From the human T2T-CHM13v2.0 reference genome, Homo sapiens, in assembly GCA_009914755.4 (NCBI GenBank), contig CP068257.2, positions 14,368,001 through 14,432,000 of the forward strand: a stretch of 64,000 nt of DNA, read 5' to 3'. A program made the translations under genes and the position numbers. Of the stretch, positions 1 through 18,165 are shown one piece after another. Each line of letters opens with the position of its first letter. Positions within the stretch are counted from its first letter, which is position 1. Below the pieces are notes generated by a model. It was not told the origin of the DNA. It saw only the letters and a list, made by a program, of their open reading frames with translations, and ran no database searches.

Positions 1-10
1 AACATATTCC

Positions 11-471
<461 letters not shown>

Positions 472-1700
472 TAGTTTTATCTAAGGACATCAGAGTAACT
501 TCTTTAATATTTTATAAGATTCTCAACAAACAACAGTGCTTACATTAGGGAAATAAAGCATTCACTAATTAAAAAGTTCTGAGGATATAGATCTACAGTT
601 AATATAAATTATGTACTGGTTTAATGTGTGGTGATAAGTCAAGAAACTTTATTTAAAATATGACTATATCAAATTATTTACTTTCCTGCTTAATTGTTGG
701 TACAAACTTTAATGAAGATTGGAGTTTCCTAGGAAAGGTAAATGAGAGTTCTAAAATTGAATAGCGTTCACTGCAGGAGAACTTGGGAAACTGAAACTTA
801 GTTTTATAGAGACAAAGAAAATAAAACTAAGTAGATAAAACTGACCTGTAATGTATTTCTTAGGAAATACGTGCATGCATATCTTTTTTGTTTCTATAAA
901 CAATCATTTCTACATATTCTTTTTATAATAATGTGGGGATTGTCAAATTTTCATGTTTGCAAATTAAAATCTATACATGAAATTGCCTGAATTGTGAAAA
1001 ACTATAGCTATTCCTGAAGCTTTTCAGTTAATTTTACAAACATTGAGTCTTATTTTCTTGTTTAAACTTTGCTCTTTTCTTTAGAGTACAGTCTTTTTAT
1101 GTCTCTCAAGCAGCCTCTGATCTTGCACTCGACCTGCCCATAAATATGAGACAGATGGAAATAAATAATCCACTCGAAAATCCACTTGACACAAGTACTA
1201 CATTTTATGTCTTACAGGACTGGAAATGGCTCTGAATTTAAAGTCATTTCAGGACTCTATGACACTTAGAGAAGATGTCTTTTGATTTTTCCCATCTAAC
1301 TAGAAATTTCTGGCCTTCTTCAACCTTCATGTAATAGTGAATTTATTGATACTGCATTTGCAAGGTTGACGTTTCATTTCTAAGAAAAGAATGTTTACTA
1401 CAATTAGATGAGAAGAGTCTCTTCTGGTCAAAGAAGATCTCTTAAGAGTAGTTCACATGGGGAAAAGAAAAGTGAGTATCGTTTATTTTTAGTAGTGGGC
1501 TTGTATTGCTGTTTTGCATCTGCATTTGTAAGTAGCTTTAAAAATCCAATATCCATGCCAAGAATGATTGTAGAAACACATACAAACCTTATTTTTTTAT
1601 TCCTTACATTACTTTAATTTCAAATCATTCGTATGTATTTCCTAGTAAGGTAAGCAGAATGGTTCTTTTTCACGGCATCCCACAAATTCTCAGTGTAATT

Positions 1701-2066
1701 CAGTAGTCCTCTCTTATCCGTGGTTTTGCTTTCTGAGGTTTCAGTTTTACCCACAGTCAACTGCGATCCAAAAATATTAAACGGAAAATTCCAGAAACAA
1801 ACAATTTAGAAGTTTAAATTGCGCACCATTCTGAATAACGTGATGGAATCTTGTGCTATCCTGTTCTGTCCAGCCCAGGACATGAAACATCCTTTTGTCT
1901 AGCATATCCACATTGTGGAGGCTACTCCGTCCTCAGTCACTTAGTTTCTGTCTCATCATCAGATCGAAAAACACAGTATGTATCAGGTTTGGTACTCTCT
2001 GTGGTTTTAGGTATATACTGGGGGTCTTGGAACACATCCTCCTAGGATTAGTAGGGACTATTGTAA
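1701..2066. mobile_element. Short non-autonomous Tigger2-like (pogo / Tc1-mariner) DNA transposon
   Basis: The left end reads cagtagtcctctcttatccgtggtttt...ggtttcag. The right end reads ctgggggtcttggaacacatcctcctaggattagtagggactattg, which is the reverse complement of the left-end motif. Together they give Tigger2-style terminal inverted repeats (CAGTAGTCC...GGGACTAYTG). An internal stretch, aaatattaaacggaaaattccagaaacaaacaatttagaagtttaaattgcgc, matches the Tigger2 consensus as I remember it. Confidence 0.55.
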
Positions 2067-2100
2067 TATTGCATTGAGGACAACTCTTTGTCAAGATAAT

Positions 2101-4121
<2,021 letters not shown>

Positions 4122-5299
4122 TCATCCTAAAACTTGAAATGAAAGCAACTGATAAAGACAATAAGCCTACTAAAGAAACATGCCATGGAACTAGCTGTAG
4201 GTAGATGGACAAGGGTTGAGAGGGAAGGCAATCAGATGGCTAGAGTGGTAAGTTTTCAAAATATTGGCATTCACCTTTCTTAGCTTCCTCACTGCTGCTT
4301 AGTGGAGTATTTTTTGGCAGATAATTTCTCTGCATTTTTATGTGTTTAATGAGAAACATCTTTATATTTTGAAGATGATTGAGATAGTTTCTCTTTGAGG
4401 GCTATTTTATCTGTGCTCCAAAACCCAAATAGAAGCTTTTAGCTGATTAATGTGAATATTGAAAGCATAAATACAAATTAAACTTCTCTCCCTCTGTGTC
4501 TCTTAACCCAATCTTTCTGTTTAACTAACAAAATAAGCAAAAACAGCACACGTATTTTTATTTAGAAACATTATCAAAATTAAGGCAAGAGTTCCAAATG
4601 CCAGCTGTGCCATGAACTGTAAGTAATTTCTGGAACAATTATTAGAAAAAATAATTTTGTTTAATAAATTACTTGAGAGGCTCAGAATATGTCTCTTATG
4701 ACTTTACATATTTACATAAATGAGAAGTACTAAAATTGAAGTCATTAAAAGATGTTTATTTACTTCAGAACTCTACACCAATAATTTACTTGATTCCACC
4801 GAACGCAGTCTGTTCTCCCTGCCCTTAGGTAATGACATGTATGCTAATCGCTCATTTCGCTGGAACATTTAAAAAATGTATTTTAGATTGCTTTAGAAAC
4901 TCAATTTATAACTTCTTCAGATGCTCAAAGCCAAATGCAGGACTGTAATACATCTTTAAGAGACAGCGGCGTTTTTGTGAAAATAACTAAAAGATCAGTA
5001 AATAGAAAACAGAAAACATTGAAGACATTTCAATTCTTTCACTTAAGGAAGAAATATTTACACTGTCAAATGTCCCTGAAAGGCATTGAGGAGATTTACA
5101 TAGAACGTCAAATATTTCTGATTATGAAATGGGTTATTTTTAAAGTGGTCTTTCTCTTTTGTAGCAGAATTATTAGTAGAGGCAGTGCTGGTATCAATGG
5201 TAGCAATGTCTATTGAGAGCTTACTAGATACCAAGCACTGTACTAAATGCTGTGCAAGATTTCTCATTTAATTGACTCTTCCCTTGCTGAAATCCTGAA

Positions 5300-5410
5300 G
5301 TTCATTTTATTTGTATTATACAGATAAGGAAACTGAGTCTTAGATAAGTTCATTTGTTAAAGGTCACAAAGCTAGAGGGTTACTGAGCTGAAACTACAGC
5401 AGCCAAGCCT
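5300..5410 (+). mobile_element. MIR SINE core fragment
   Basis: The sequence ttgtattatacagataaggaaactgagtcttagataagttcatttgttaaaggtcacaaagctagagggt matches the MIR core, acagatgaggaaactgaggctcagagaggttaagtaacttgcccaaggtcacacagctag. Confidence 0.6.
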
Positions 5411-6760
5411 GTAAATGTTACTTAAATTTTCTGAGTCTTAAATTTGTTTTCCTAGGTAGAATAAAAATGATAAGACCGATCTCTGATAATGCTTATTATT
5501 ACTAAATGAGGTAACAAATGTGAAGATACACAACACATGTTTAATAAATGTTACTTATCCTCCTTAATTAGCTATGCACATGTCACCAAAACGCTGCCAT
5601 CTATGACATTACATTTAAATTATGTGTATATCCTATTACTAAACTATGAGCTCTGAGATGATTTGGATGGAACCATGTTTTAGTCCTCCAGTATCTCCTT
5701 ATCTATTACCACATACACACCCCAGTACGTTGTAAGCATGCAATCGATGTTGACTATTAAAAAATGAATGGGGGAGAGCGCAAGGAATGCACCCATGTGA
5801 TATTGGTTGGAAGGCAGTTGGACAATATAGTTTAGATTTTGAAATGTGCTTACTCTTTGGTTTAACAATTCCACTTCTAAAAAGGATGGGGCTTGTGAAC
5901 TAAGATATATTTCACCTATAGTCATCACAACATTGTCTTCAATATGGGAAAGTCAAAAACATCCTAATTGTCAATTTAAAAATTGTAACAGGCCAACCAT
6001 GGAATAGTATGAAGTCATTAAATGATGTGCAAATGCACTTAGTGGTGAGAGAGTCTCCATTTGAGGGTAGAGGGTAGGGGGAGCGAGAGAAGCAGAAAAA
6101 GTAACTATTGGGTACTAGATTTAATACCTGGATTTGTTGTCATTATTTCACCTGTACAACACCCATGACACGAGTTTACCTATTTATGAAACCTTCACAT
6201 GTACCCTCTAACCTAAAAGTTTAAAAAAGATATATTTGTTAATATGTGAAAAGGGATGTGATATAAATATATGATCATCTTCCTGATACACACATGCACA
6301 CTATAAAATTAATAAGTCAAAAAATAGTTATATCTGGGTAAAGGATCACAAGCTATCTTTATTTCTCACACTTTTCTTTATTCCTTTAAAATATTTTGTA
6401 GAAAGTATGTATATCTTAATCTGCAGAAAAAAGTAAGTTACTTTAAGAGATGAATGGCATCATTCTCAATAATTGGGTTTTTGACATAAGGCTTCAGCAA
6501 TGGATGGTATTAGGTTTTTAAAATATTGAGCAAGCCATACCTTAAAAGAATCATTTGGTATTAGGAAATTATTTAAAGCAATGCCTTTTAGGCTATTAGC
6601 AACTTTTTTTTACTTCGTTAATAATTAAATATAGGAGGCTTTAAGTCGTTTCTCAGATTACTTCTTTTTCTACCCTTTGTGTTTACATGAGGTTAAACAT
6701 CTAGAACTTTGAGATAGAAGATTTGTTTGTGTTGTTTGATGACGGGGAAAGATTCGGGAT

Positions 6761-7410
<650 letters not shown>

Positions 7411-9399
7411 ATGTTTGAAAACCTTCTGTTAGATAAAACTACAGGAAACTCCAAGATGGTTCATTCTATGATTTTTTTTAAATGTGAGTATACATTAATA
7501 TTAAAAGGGAAGATCTGTTTCTATGTCAGAGAAATATCAACAAGGGAACACTTGGTTCTAAGCAGGTTGTCTGTAAGCCTACTGTAGGAAGAAGTTATTT
7601 TATGAAAAGTAAAACAATAAAAATAAAACTTTCATGTTCTATCTTGGGAGAGAGAGGTATCTTGACAACTGCTGTTTGTCACAGTAGACAGAATGAGATT
7701 CAGAATGGCAGACCCAAGAAGAGGGGCAATAAATATAGAAAAAACTACATATGACATGTGAGTATATGAGGAAATGTGATTCTGGAGATCAAAAGTGAAA
7801 TCAGAATATGAGATTTCAGGAAATCTAGCCATCTTGAGGTAGCTATAGAATAATTTTTAAGCATCCATTTTTAATTTTCATGAGTCTTAAATGATTACAA
7901 ATGAGCCTCTACTAGCAAAGGTCTGGGAAAAATTGGACATGATTGCCCTGCCATGATTGCCCTGCCTTGTCCATGATTGTCCTTAAAGAGAATTTCTTTC
8001 CTGGTTTATTGTTGTCTCTTATGATCTTTGCAGTTGAGTATTCCTAAATGAGGTGAAGCAACTAGAACACAGAAGGACTGAATATGGCTTGGAAGAACTT
8101 TGTAACAATGGTGGTTATCTACTACGTAATTACAGTTTTCTTGTGATTGCAGCTTTTATAAAATGTATTTCTCTCACAGAAAGACATTTTATATAGAGAA
8201 TACCAAACTTAGTTTTGGGCATTAGACCTAAATTCTATACTGAAGACCACCGGGTCTCTTTCATTATGTGAAATAAATGAGATTTAGCGCCCAGTAGGGT
8301 CTGTGATTATTCAACTCTACTAAAAGTTGCTCGAGACTTTGATTTTGCAGAACACATTAATATTAATTTTGTTACTTGAACATTTGCTTTTCATATAACA
8401 GAATCCACATGCTTGGTTAAGGCCAACATATGCTGTTTATTATGCAGGTTTATCTGTTCCTGATGATACAGCACATAAATCAAATCTAAATTAAACCAAT
8501 ACCACTTTTCCCCTATGCCATGATATTTGGGGACAATATTGTTGGCTAAGGAATCATGAGAAAATGAAATACTTTTGCTTGTTGAACAGGACACAGTATA
8601 TTTAGAATTTTTTTGGGAGATACTCCTATTGACCTCAATAATAACACCATTATTGAACAGGAATTTTAGGTATTCCCATTGTAAGTCCTGCTGTTGATGC
8701 AGTTATTTTGCTTAGCTTTTAAAATTTTTCTAGTAGTTACATATGATCTTCCAAGCCAATGAAATTTAAAAAATTAAATTGGCTTAGTGGGACTATGACT
8801 TTTTGCTTATTTGGTTGGTTTTTAAATCTGGGAAAGAGAGTATGACATTAATCATATACTGCACATGTTTGAAAAAGTTTGGGGCACTGATTTTTGTTCT
8901 TTTTGTCTTCAGTGGAATAAAATGTTGGTGCAACAACATTCAGATAAATGTTGGGTAATTTCTTATTTGAAAACGGTTTATTAAACTACAGCATGGAAGG
9001 AATATGGAGAGACATCTTTGTTAATGGTTTTTAAAATTGTCTTTATTACCAAACCCCTTATTTTCATATTGAGCTGTACTGAAGAAAGCATTTTTGTGAT
9101 AATTTTTTGTGTTTCCATACCCTTTATTCAATGAGGAAATATTTATCAAGCTCGTAAACACAATACACTTTGAATTGGCGACTGTAAGCCTAATCCCAAG
9201 GCTCTCAAACTCCCATCATAAAGATAGACATATTGGCACAACTAACTTGTCAAATAGATCAGTACATCTAAGACTCAGCTCACATATTACCCCCTCTGGA
9301 CAGCTTTCATCTATTCATTGAGTTTGTTTTATTCATTTGCCTGTTTGTTTCCTTCCAGAGCTAGAAGTTATCTTCCCTGCCTGTCAACTGTCATGGCAG

Positions 9400-9855
9400 T
9401 TTTTATCTCTAAGCTTTGGTTGCAAGGAACAGATTCATTCAATTCACCTCAAAGTAAAGGCAAGATTCTTACAAGATTTCTAAGGGTTTGGAAGTGGAAT
9501 CTCCTCAGGACTAGAACAGGCGCTCTAGCTCGAACTGCAACTCACTCTGGGGCTCAGTGGTCTCTCTACTTGGCATTTTCATCCCTCTCTCTCTGCTTTG
9601 CATGATCCTTGGCGACACTTGCTCTACTTCCCTACATCACCTCTTACTGACCCCACTGCTGGGTTTCTTGGCTCTAATTCCCAATGTAAGACCGGCTACT
9701 TTACTTTCCATGCCAGCTCCCCTCCAGGGGTTGTGGCAAGTCTATGAAATGCTTTCTGACATTTGTCCTGTAGTTTCCACTCATAGCTGGCACTTGGATA
9801 AGCAAGACATGATGAATATTGAATCATTCTGTGAGTGTCTAATAAGTGGAAGGTG
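9400..9855 (+). mobile_element. L2 (LINE-2) 3'-end fragment
   Basis: The 3' portion, ccactcatagctggcacttggataagcaagacatgatgaatattgaatcattctgtgagtgtctaataagtgg, resembles the L2 3' terminus (cctagaacagtgcctggcacatagtaggcgctcaataaatatttgttgaatgaatga). The upstream sequence is pyrimidine-rich and L2-like. The boundaries are approximate. Confidence 0.45.
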
Positions 9856-10977
9856 AGTTTTTAAAACACATACTAAAAATGAAGTGTTCAGGATTTCTGT
9901 TTCTACTAAAGATTGTCAGAAAGCTGGAGAAAGGAGCATGATACTCAAAATGGGTTTAACAATGCATCAAAAATATTGTCTCATTCTTTTCAACAGAAAT
10001 TAAAGTATTTCTGCCTGAATAATTAGCAAGATAATGTATCAAAAGACCATATGTTATGAAAATATAAAAAAAGATTCAGTGAATTCTGTTTGATCCTCAT
10101 CATATCTGGCCTGTCTGTATTTGACAGCATTGAACACTCTTGTCTTCTTTACCCTTTATTCTTAGCTTCTAGAATACCCCGTGCCTTGTGTCTCTTCTTA
10201 CCCATCCCCCAACTAATTCCCTCTCAGACTCCTCTGTTGGCTTCTCTTCTCTTTTCTCTGTCTTTTTAAAAAACCTGCTTTTCAAGTATTGGTGACATTG
10301 AGGCGATTGTTCTTGGATATATTCTCAACTATCCAACCACCATGACCAATATCCTTCTCTCCCATGAGATTATCAGTCAACTGTAATCATAAAAGCTATG
10401 TTTCCATCCTCAACTTCTCTACTAAGTTCCAACTTACAGGAATTTTCCGTATGGTTTACTGGACTTTTCCAGCTGGAAAAGTCATATGTAATCCTGCCTT
10501 GCCAAATCCAACTATTTGTCTCCACCCCTCTCCCTTGACACTTTTTCTGACTTTTGTATTTTTTATGTCAATGAACATTTCCAACTAGTCACCCAAGTCA
10601 CAAAGGGTGAATAATTATCTCCTTCCTTGTTCTAAGTCCCGGAGTAAATCATATTGTCTAGTCTACTATTTTTACTCATTCAGGGCTTGTCTCCAGTCTC
10701 CATTCCTTCTGCTCTTAGTTTAGAACTTCCTTGTATCTCCCATGACTCTTTTCCCTATTTGGGGATCATTCTTCTCTGTTCTATAGTCCTCATTGCTTCC
10801 AGAGTGAGTTCACTAGAATATAAATATGTCATGCTACTCTTTTTAAAAAAAGCCATTTTTAAAGGCTTCTCAATGCCCACAGAATCAAGCTCATACTCAA
10901 CTTGATGTCATCAAAGATATTCAGGGATCATGTTCCTCCTCTCTCCTTTGTTCTTATCCTTCCCTTTCACATGCTTC

Positions 10978-11000
10978 TTCCTGTACCTGTACCTGTACCT
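10978..11000. repeat. (CCTGTA)n hexanucleotide microsatellite, about 3.5 units
   Basis: The repeat cctgtacctgtacctgtacctg is visible directly. Confidence 0.7.
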
Positions 11001-11333
11001 GACATAAACACATAAAGTAAGAAGATCTGGTTTGTATAGAAGATTAAATAAAACACAATCTTTCAACATTCTTATGAAGTCTGTGAATTAAAATTATCAC
11101 TTTAAAATTTTATATTAATCCCCTATAAACTGTGTAAATATTTTTTACTTCTGATAAAACACATAAGATTATTTTTAGTAAAGATTGCCATAATACCTGG
11201 CTTAGCAATAGAAGGAGTAACATATATTTTTGGTTTTGAATCAATTAAATGACAAATAAAATATGCTACTGTGTGACTTATGACCAATAAAAGGTGTAAA
11301 TTGTGTAACTTGAACCTATGATATCTTAATTTA

Positions 11334-11714
<381 letters not shown>

Positions 11715-13618
11715 TTAGGAAAATAAATGGAGTCCGACGTTTCAGTGCTCCTTCTCCTGAGTGATTTCAGAGACTATTTGGGAACATGATTTACTGACAT
11801 ATGACGTGGACTGTAAGAAGAATCTGTATAGAAAAGTGGGGTTGGCTGAGAAAAATGGTTACTTTCTTCAGTGTGAAGAGTTTTGAACTAGATAATTTGT
11901 AGGAAAGGTCAGAAATTCAATTTTGGCTGCTTAAAAATGCCTTTGTTCTGTTTCAATTGCATCATCAAAATATGATTTTTCTCCCCTATCATATAAGTTC
12001 TGTATGACTAGTTGGACAGAATGATTGTTAAAATTTACCAAACTAATTTTAAGGTTTCTAGTCGATTTGATATCATGTTCCTTGTATAATCAATAAACTT
12101 TAGATGATTGGTGTTCTTCTAAAGTCAACATCGTATAAGAAATAATAAATTCCTTCCTGGAAGAATATACTCAGACCATATAAAACAATCACTGAAATTA
12201 TTTTAATGAGAAAAGGTAAATATTTTCAACATGTTTATTTCAGTAGGCATAAAAATGAATTGGCCAATTTAAATAAGTATAATTTATCAAGTTAACTGTG
12301 TAAAACCCACAAAAAAGTTAAACAACTAAAGATACTACTCTATTTAATAAAATAGGTCTATCTATGAAAGTCTGTCTTTTGAAAGAGATTACTATAAGAC
12401 AAGATATAATAAAAATGTAAAGAAGACATAATAGAACAATGTCCTCCTTTCTCTTGTTTTTTGTTTGTTTTCATTTTATATATCTCCTTTGTGTATCATG
12501 ATGTATATATTAAGACTGGTTGCTCTTTCTTATTTTTATTTCCTGGAAAGACTTTGTTTGTTTTGTGTGTCTCTGAATTCTGAAGAGTGTTGTTATTTTT
12601 TTCTGTCACTCTTTCTTAAATCGGTTTTCCCATAAAATTCATTCAGAGAAATAAAATGCAAGCAGCTCTTTCTAATACTATGCCTTAGGAGGAAATATTA
12701 CTCTATGTGACTTCAAAATTTGGTCTAGTCTATTCCAAAGGCTTAAACAGAAAATGTAAGTAGATACATGGAAGATACATATGGCACTGCATTAGCTCAC
12801 AACTATAACATGTTTTGGTCATGTGTATTGGTTTCCTATTGTTGCCATTACAAATGACCACAAACCCCAGTGTAATTATCAGGTTCTTAACTACTTATGT
12901 CACACTGTTAGAATGACCATGGATTAACATGGATTAGTTTGTCACAATATGTATGGTTTTCTGGAATTGTAGAATATTAGGATCAGTGCCATGTATAGAA
13001 GAATACTTGCTTCTTTGAGAAGTAGGAGCTGTCTGTCCATTTCTGGTCCAGGGACTAAAAGGGAAACTAATGAGGGAGGACTGACTATAAAGGTAACATA
13101 ATGTAGTGATTAATTTTGTCCTAGCCTAGGGCCTAACGTGTGAGGAATTATATGGTCTATTTGTAGAACTATACATAGAACACTTGATCGTGCTTCTCAG
13201 AATAAGACAAAGGCCTCTAGGAAGAGGTATTTGCTTCCTCATTTTCTAGATCTTAATTTAAGCAAGCCAAGGAGTCAGTGAGATGTCCCCACAGGATCCG
13301 ATGGTTAGTAGGAACACCGTTTAACACCAAATCATCAAATTGTAGAAGTTTGATGCTAGAAAGGATCTTGAAAGACCATGTTCTCTACCATTTTTAACAT
13401 GACAGAGTGTATACATTAGATAAGGAAAATAAAAAAAAGGTGCCGAGGGTCCATCTACTCATTATAATGGGCACAGAACAGCAAAACTACAGGTGGACTG
13501 TTCTCCACCTCCTACCTCCTCACAAGTTGCTAACTTGTAGGTTAGAACTGTACTTGGAAACAGGCTGTATATAATACTTACATATAATTGTATTCAACTA
13601 GCTATTAAACATATATAA

Positions 13619-13959
<341 letters not shown>

Positions 13960-14424
13960 ATAGTTTTATAATTCTGAACTGGAGTAGCCAAAGTCTTCCT
14001 TTTCTGTCCTTCTATTCCTTTCTCCACCACTAATTTGTGTGATTTGGTCTGAGCTGAACGAGTGCTTTTGGCTCTAAGACCCTAGTTACTGATAACAGAA
14101 TTTTCTCAGTTTTTGCTCATGCATTTCCCCAAAGTACAGCTTGGAAAATCAAGTCCTGACCAGCGAATAGCCTTGAGGTTGGGCTAATATGTTCAATGAG
14201 TATTGTGGCTCTTCTCTACTGAAGTTCTCTGCCTTTCTGTCTATGGTGCACAGTGTCTACACCCATGCTCTCTCTGGATGCTTTAGTGTCATGATGGGTT
14301 TGGTGTTCCAGGGTGTCTGGGTCACTTCTCACTTGAAAAATAAATTGAAAACATCCTTTCGCCACTCTGAAGTGTGATGCTACTTTCCACGTTTTATCTT
14401 TAAAATTTGTTCTAAAAGAATGGC

Positions 14425-14749
<325 letters not shown>

Positions 14750-15304
14750 TCAATGTATATCCAATAGTGGGGGAACTACACATGTGCAACATACAGAAGA
14801 ATGAAATTCAGAAAAACAAGCAGATTAAAAAATATACACTCACTACCCAAACACATTTTGGTATGCAGACTTTTGCCATATTTTTTAAGAAGTTTGATTT
14901 GGCTGTGATCTTACTACTTTCGTGCATTTTTGTTTTTTCCACTTATAACACATATATCTATTCCTCATATTTTAAATATTGTCTCCTTATTATTCCACAA
15001 AGTCAACTTTTCATAACATATGTGGTAATCTTTCTAAAGAGTTCGAGGAGTTGTTTCTGCTAATTTTACTGTAATAAACAACTTTGTGCATTGTCTTCCC
15101 AGCCTTCATATTTAAGATAATTCCTTAGAACTATTGTCAGAATCTATGTGGTAGTTTGCAAAATTGGCCAGATTTTTCCATACTTCCTGCACTTACGCCC
15201 CTTTGCAATGTCATTGAGAAATTTTTCCCATCAAGAGTGAAGCCTGTTTCTCCACTACTTGAATCAGAACTTGTGACTCGATTTTACCAATAAAATGCAG
15301 CAGA

Positions 15305-15610
15305 AGCCATATTCAGTGGCTCACATCTGTAATCCCAGTACTTTGGGAAGCCAAGGTGGGAGGATTGCTTGAGGCCAGGAATTTGAGACCAGCCTGGGCA
15401 ACACAGGAAGACACTGTCTCTACAAAAATCTTTTTAAAAAATATCCAGGCATGGTGGCTCATGCCTGTAGTCCCAGCTACTAGGGAGGCTGAGGCAGGAG
15501 GATCACTTGAGTCCAAGAGTTTGAGGCTGTAGTGAGCTATGACTGTACCAATACACTCCAGCCCTGGTGGAAAAGTGAGACCCTGTCTTTAAAAAATTAA
15601 ATAAAATAAA
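15305..15610 (+). mobile_element. Older Alu (AluJ/S-like, CpG-decayed), sense
   Basis: The copy reads gccatattcagtggctcacatctgtaatcccagtactttgggaagccaaggtgggaggattgcttgaggccaggaatttgagaccagcctgggcaacacagg...gtgagaccctgtctttaaaaaattaaataaaataaa. Confidence 0.85.
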
Positions 15611-17961
15611 CAGAGCAGGAATGCCAACTGTGCTAGTTCCAAACCTAGGTCTTAAGAGGTCTTGCAGCTTCTGCTCTGATTCTTGGGCTCCTTCCAGCTA
15701 GAGGTTCAGAACTCATTTGCCCCTGTCACTCCAGCTGATTGTCAGCCAATTGCAGAAGCAGGGCTGCCTTCGTGATTGACACGTGATACAAGTGCACAAG
15801 TGAGCCCAGCATGACCAGAACCACTCAGTTAAAACTATAATAATAAATTGTTGTCATTTTATTTAAGTTTTGAAGTGGTTTTCACAGCAAAACCAACTGA
15901 TACAACCTATTTGGCCAAAAAGAATAAATATATTTAAGCCTTATAATTTGTATTGATGAGTTGTTTCCCAAAACCGTGGTAAAAAATTGCCCTATCAATA
16001 GTTTTGCTGCCTTCATCAGCCAGGCTTATATCATTGTAAATTTTTGCTAGTTTGATAAAAGATAATTAGTATTTTGTTTTAATTTTAAGTGCAACATTTT
16101 AAAACCCAGTTTCTTCTTACCCCAATGAAATAGTTACTAATTTGATGTCATTTCATTAAAACAAGTCACATTTTGCTGTGAATCTTTTTCCAAATTATTT
16201 TCCTAGAATTAATATAATATTTGTCAGGTTTATTTCCTCTTAGAAGATATAGAGATTGCAGCACAGATTTTAATTTTTAATTTGCTAAATAATTCTTTAT
16301 AAAGTCTAAGTTGTGACCCTTTTCCCAGATATTTTTAATTCAATAACTATCAAATTTATGAAAATGAAGTTGGTTTTATTAAAGTTTCTACTGACATCAT
16401 CTTACTGCATTGGATGTTGATCTCAGTGATTGCGACTATTCTAAGTTGTTAAAAGCCATGTAATCATTATTGGCTCACAAGCAAGCAAATGAGGTAATTG
16501 TATTCAAATTGGAAAATTTGCTTCTAGGTAAAGTGTATGCACAGAAAATATAGACAAAGTATTGGCCATTATACTTGACAGACTTTGAAGTGTTGCCATC
16601 ACCCAATGAGTTTTCATTGCATACAGAATGAAAGAAAAATTACATCATTTATGTTGTCTTTGGCCGTAGGTAACAGAAAACCCACTTAAACAGCACTAAA
16701 TTATGAGACTCATTGGTTGGACTGATGGTTAACCAATTCATATCTGGATAGGAAGAGTAGTTTTTAAAAACTTGAAATACTTTTTCACTGATTGCTAAAA
16801 AAAAAAAAGAATAATAGTAACTTCAATAAGTAGTAAAATTAATAAAAAGAAATTAGTAAATAAAATTGCACCTGCTGCCTGTGGCCACAAGAACTCAGTG
16901 ATATATATTAATAAAATTTATTTAGCTTATGGTTTTATGAGATTCAGGTATTTTCGTGTGAGCTCAGCTAATCTCAGCTGGGTTTGTTTCTGTGGCTGCT
17001 GTTAGATACATGCCAGCTAAGGTGTCTTTCCTGATTTGGCTGGCCTTGCTCACATATGTTGGGGCTGGCACTGGCTTTGATAACTGGAGTAATTCAACTC
17101 TGCTCCACCTGTCTCACCTTGTAGAAAGTTAGTCCAAGTATGTTCTCATAGTAAAGGCAGAGGAGCAAGCACATGCCTAGTCATACATGTGTTTTTCAAG
17201 CCTCTGCTTGGACACGCTTACTAATATTCCATTTGTCAGGTCACTTTGTGGGTCCCAGAGACAAAGTGGATGGCACTGCAAAGGTACATGCCCCAAACAC
17301 ACAGATGAATGGAGTGGTGAAGTGGTAAGATCATTGATAACAATCAAGCTACAATAAACTTACTGATTCAAGTGAATTGTCATAGGATGCTATTGATAAA
17401 TAGTCCTCTACTTGGAATGAGATCCAAAACATTAGCAGTTCCACTCACCTGGTGTAATCATGTCATGGTAAGAAGCATATGCATTCTCTAAAAAGTGTTC
17501 TATGTTTTAGGAGAATCAACATTTTCATCATCCTTTAGTTAAACAAGCGCCATTGTTTGGAACTACACATACTCATAGGAATTTATTGGGATAATTGAGA
17601 GTTTGAATAGCAATAGATGCCTATGTAATAAACATGAATCTTTAGAATTTGTGAGAGCACAGCAAAAATATAATGAAATAAAATAATAAACTGCCTACTG
17701 GGCCATCTTCTGATGCTAGGTAAAAATCAGAAAGTGGAATATGTTTTGATAATGTCAAGAATTAATATAAAATATAACAAATCATTTTCATTTATTGAAT
17801 AAAAACAATTATTTCAACAAATGTATAAGTAGCTTACCATTGCTTTTAAGCATTAAAATTGCTTAAACTTTGTGTCAATAATAGATGAAAGTGCTTAACA
17901 CATGTATTTCATTAGTATGTTGATCATGTTCCATTAAAGCTCATAGTTGTAATGAGGAAAA

Positions 17962-18012
17962 TTTGCAAACATCAAACAGGGAAAATTGGCAAACATCAAA
18001 GAGGAAAATTGG
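17962..18012. repeat. Short tandem duplication of a ~22-bp unit, about 2.5 copies
   Basis: The sequence gaaaatttgcaaacatcaaacagg / gaaaattggcaaacatcaaagagg / gaaaattggcc shows the repeated unit. Confidence 0.6.
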
Positions 18013-18165
18013 CCTCGCATGGTGGTATGCATCTGTAGTCCTGGAGGCTGAGGCAGTAGGACCACTTGAGCCCAAGGGTTCAGTGCACTGTGATCGCACC
18101 TGTGAATAGCCACTATACTCCAGCCTGGGCAACATAGCAAGCCCCTGTCTTTAAATTAAAAAGAA
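18011..18165 (+). mobile_element. Alu right-monomer fragment (FRAM-like or 5'-truncated Alu)
   Basis: The sequence ggcctcgcatggtggtatgcatctgtagtcctggaggctgaggcagtaggaccacttgagcccaagggttcagtgcactgtgatcgcacctgtgaatagccactatactccagcctgggcaacatagcaagcccctgtct matches the Alu right arm only. Confidence 0.6.
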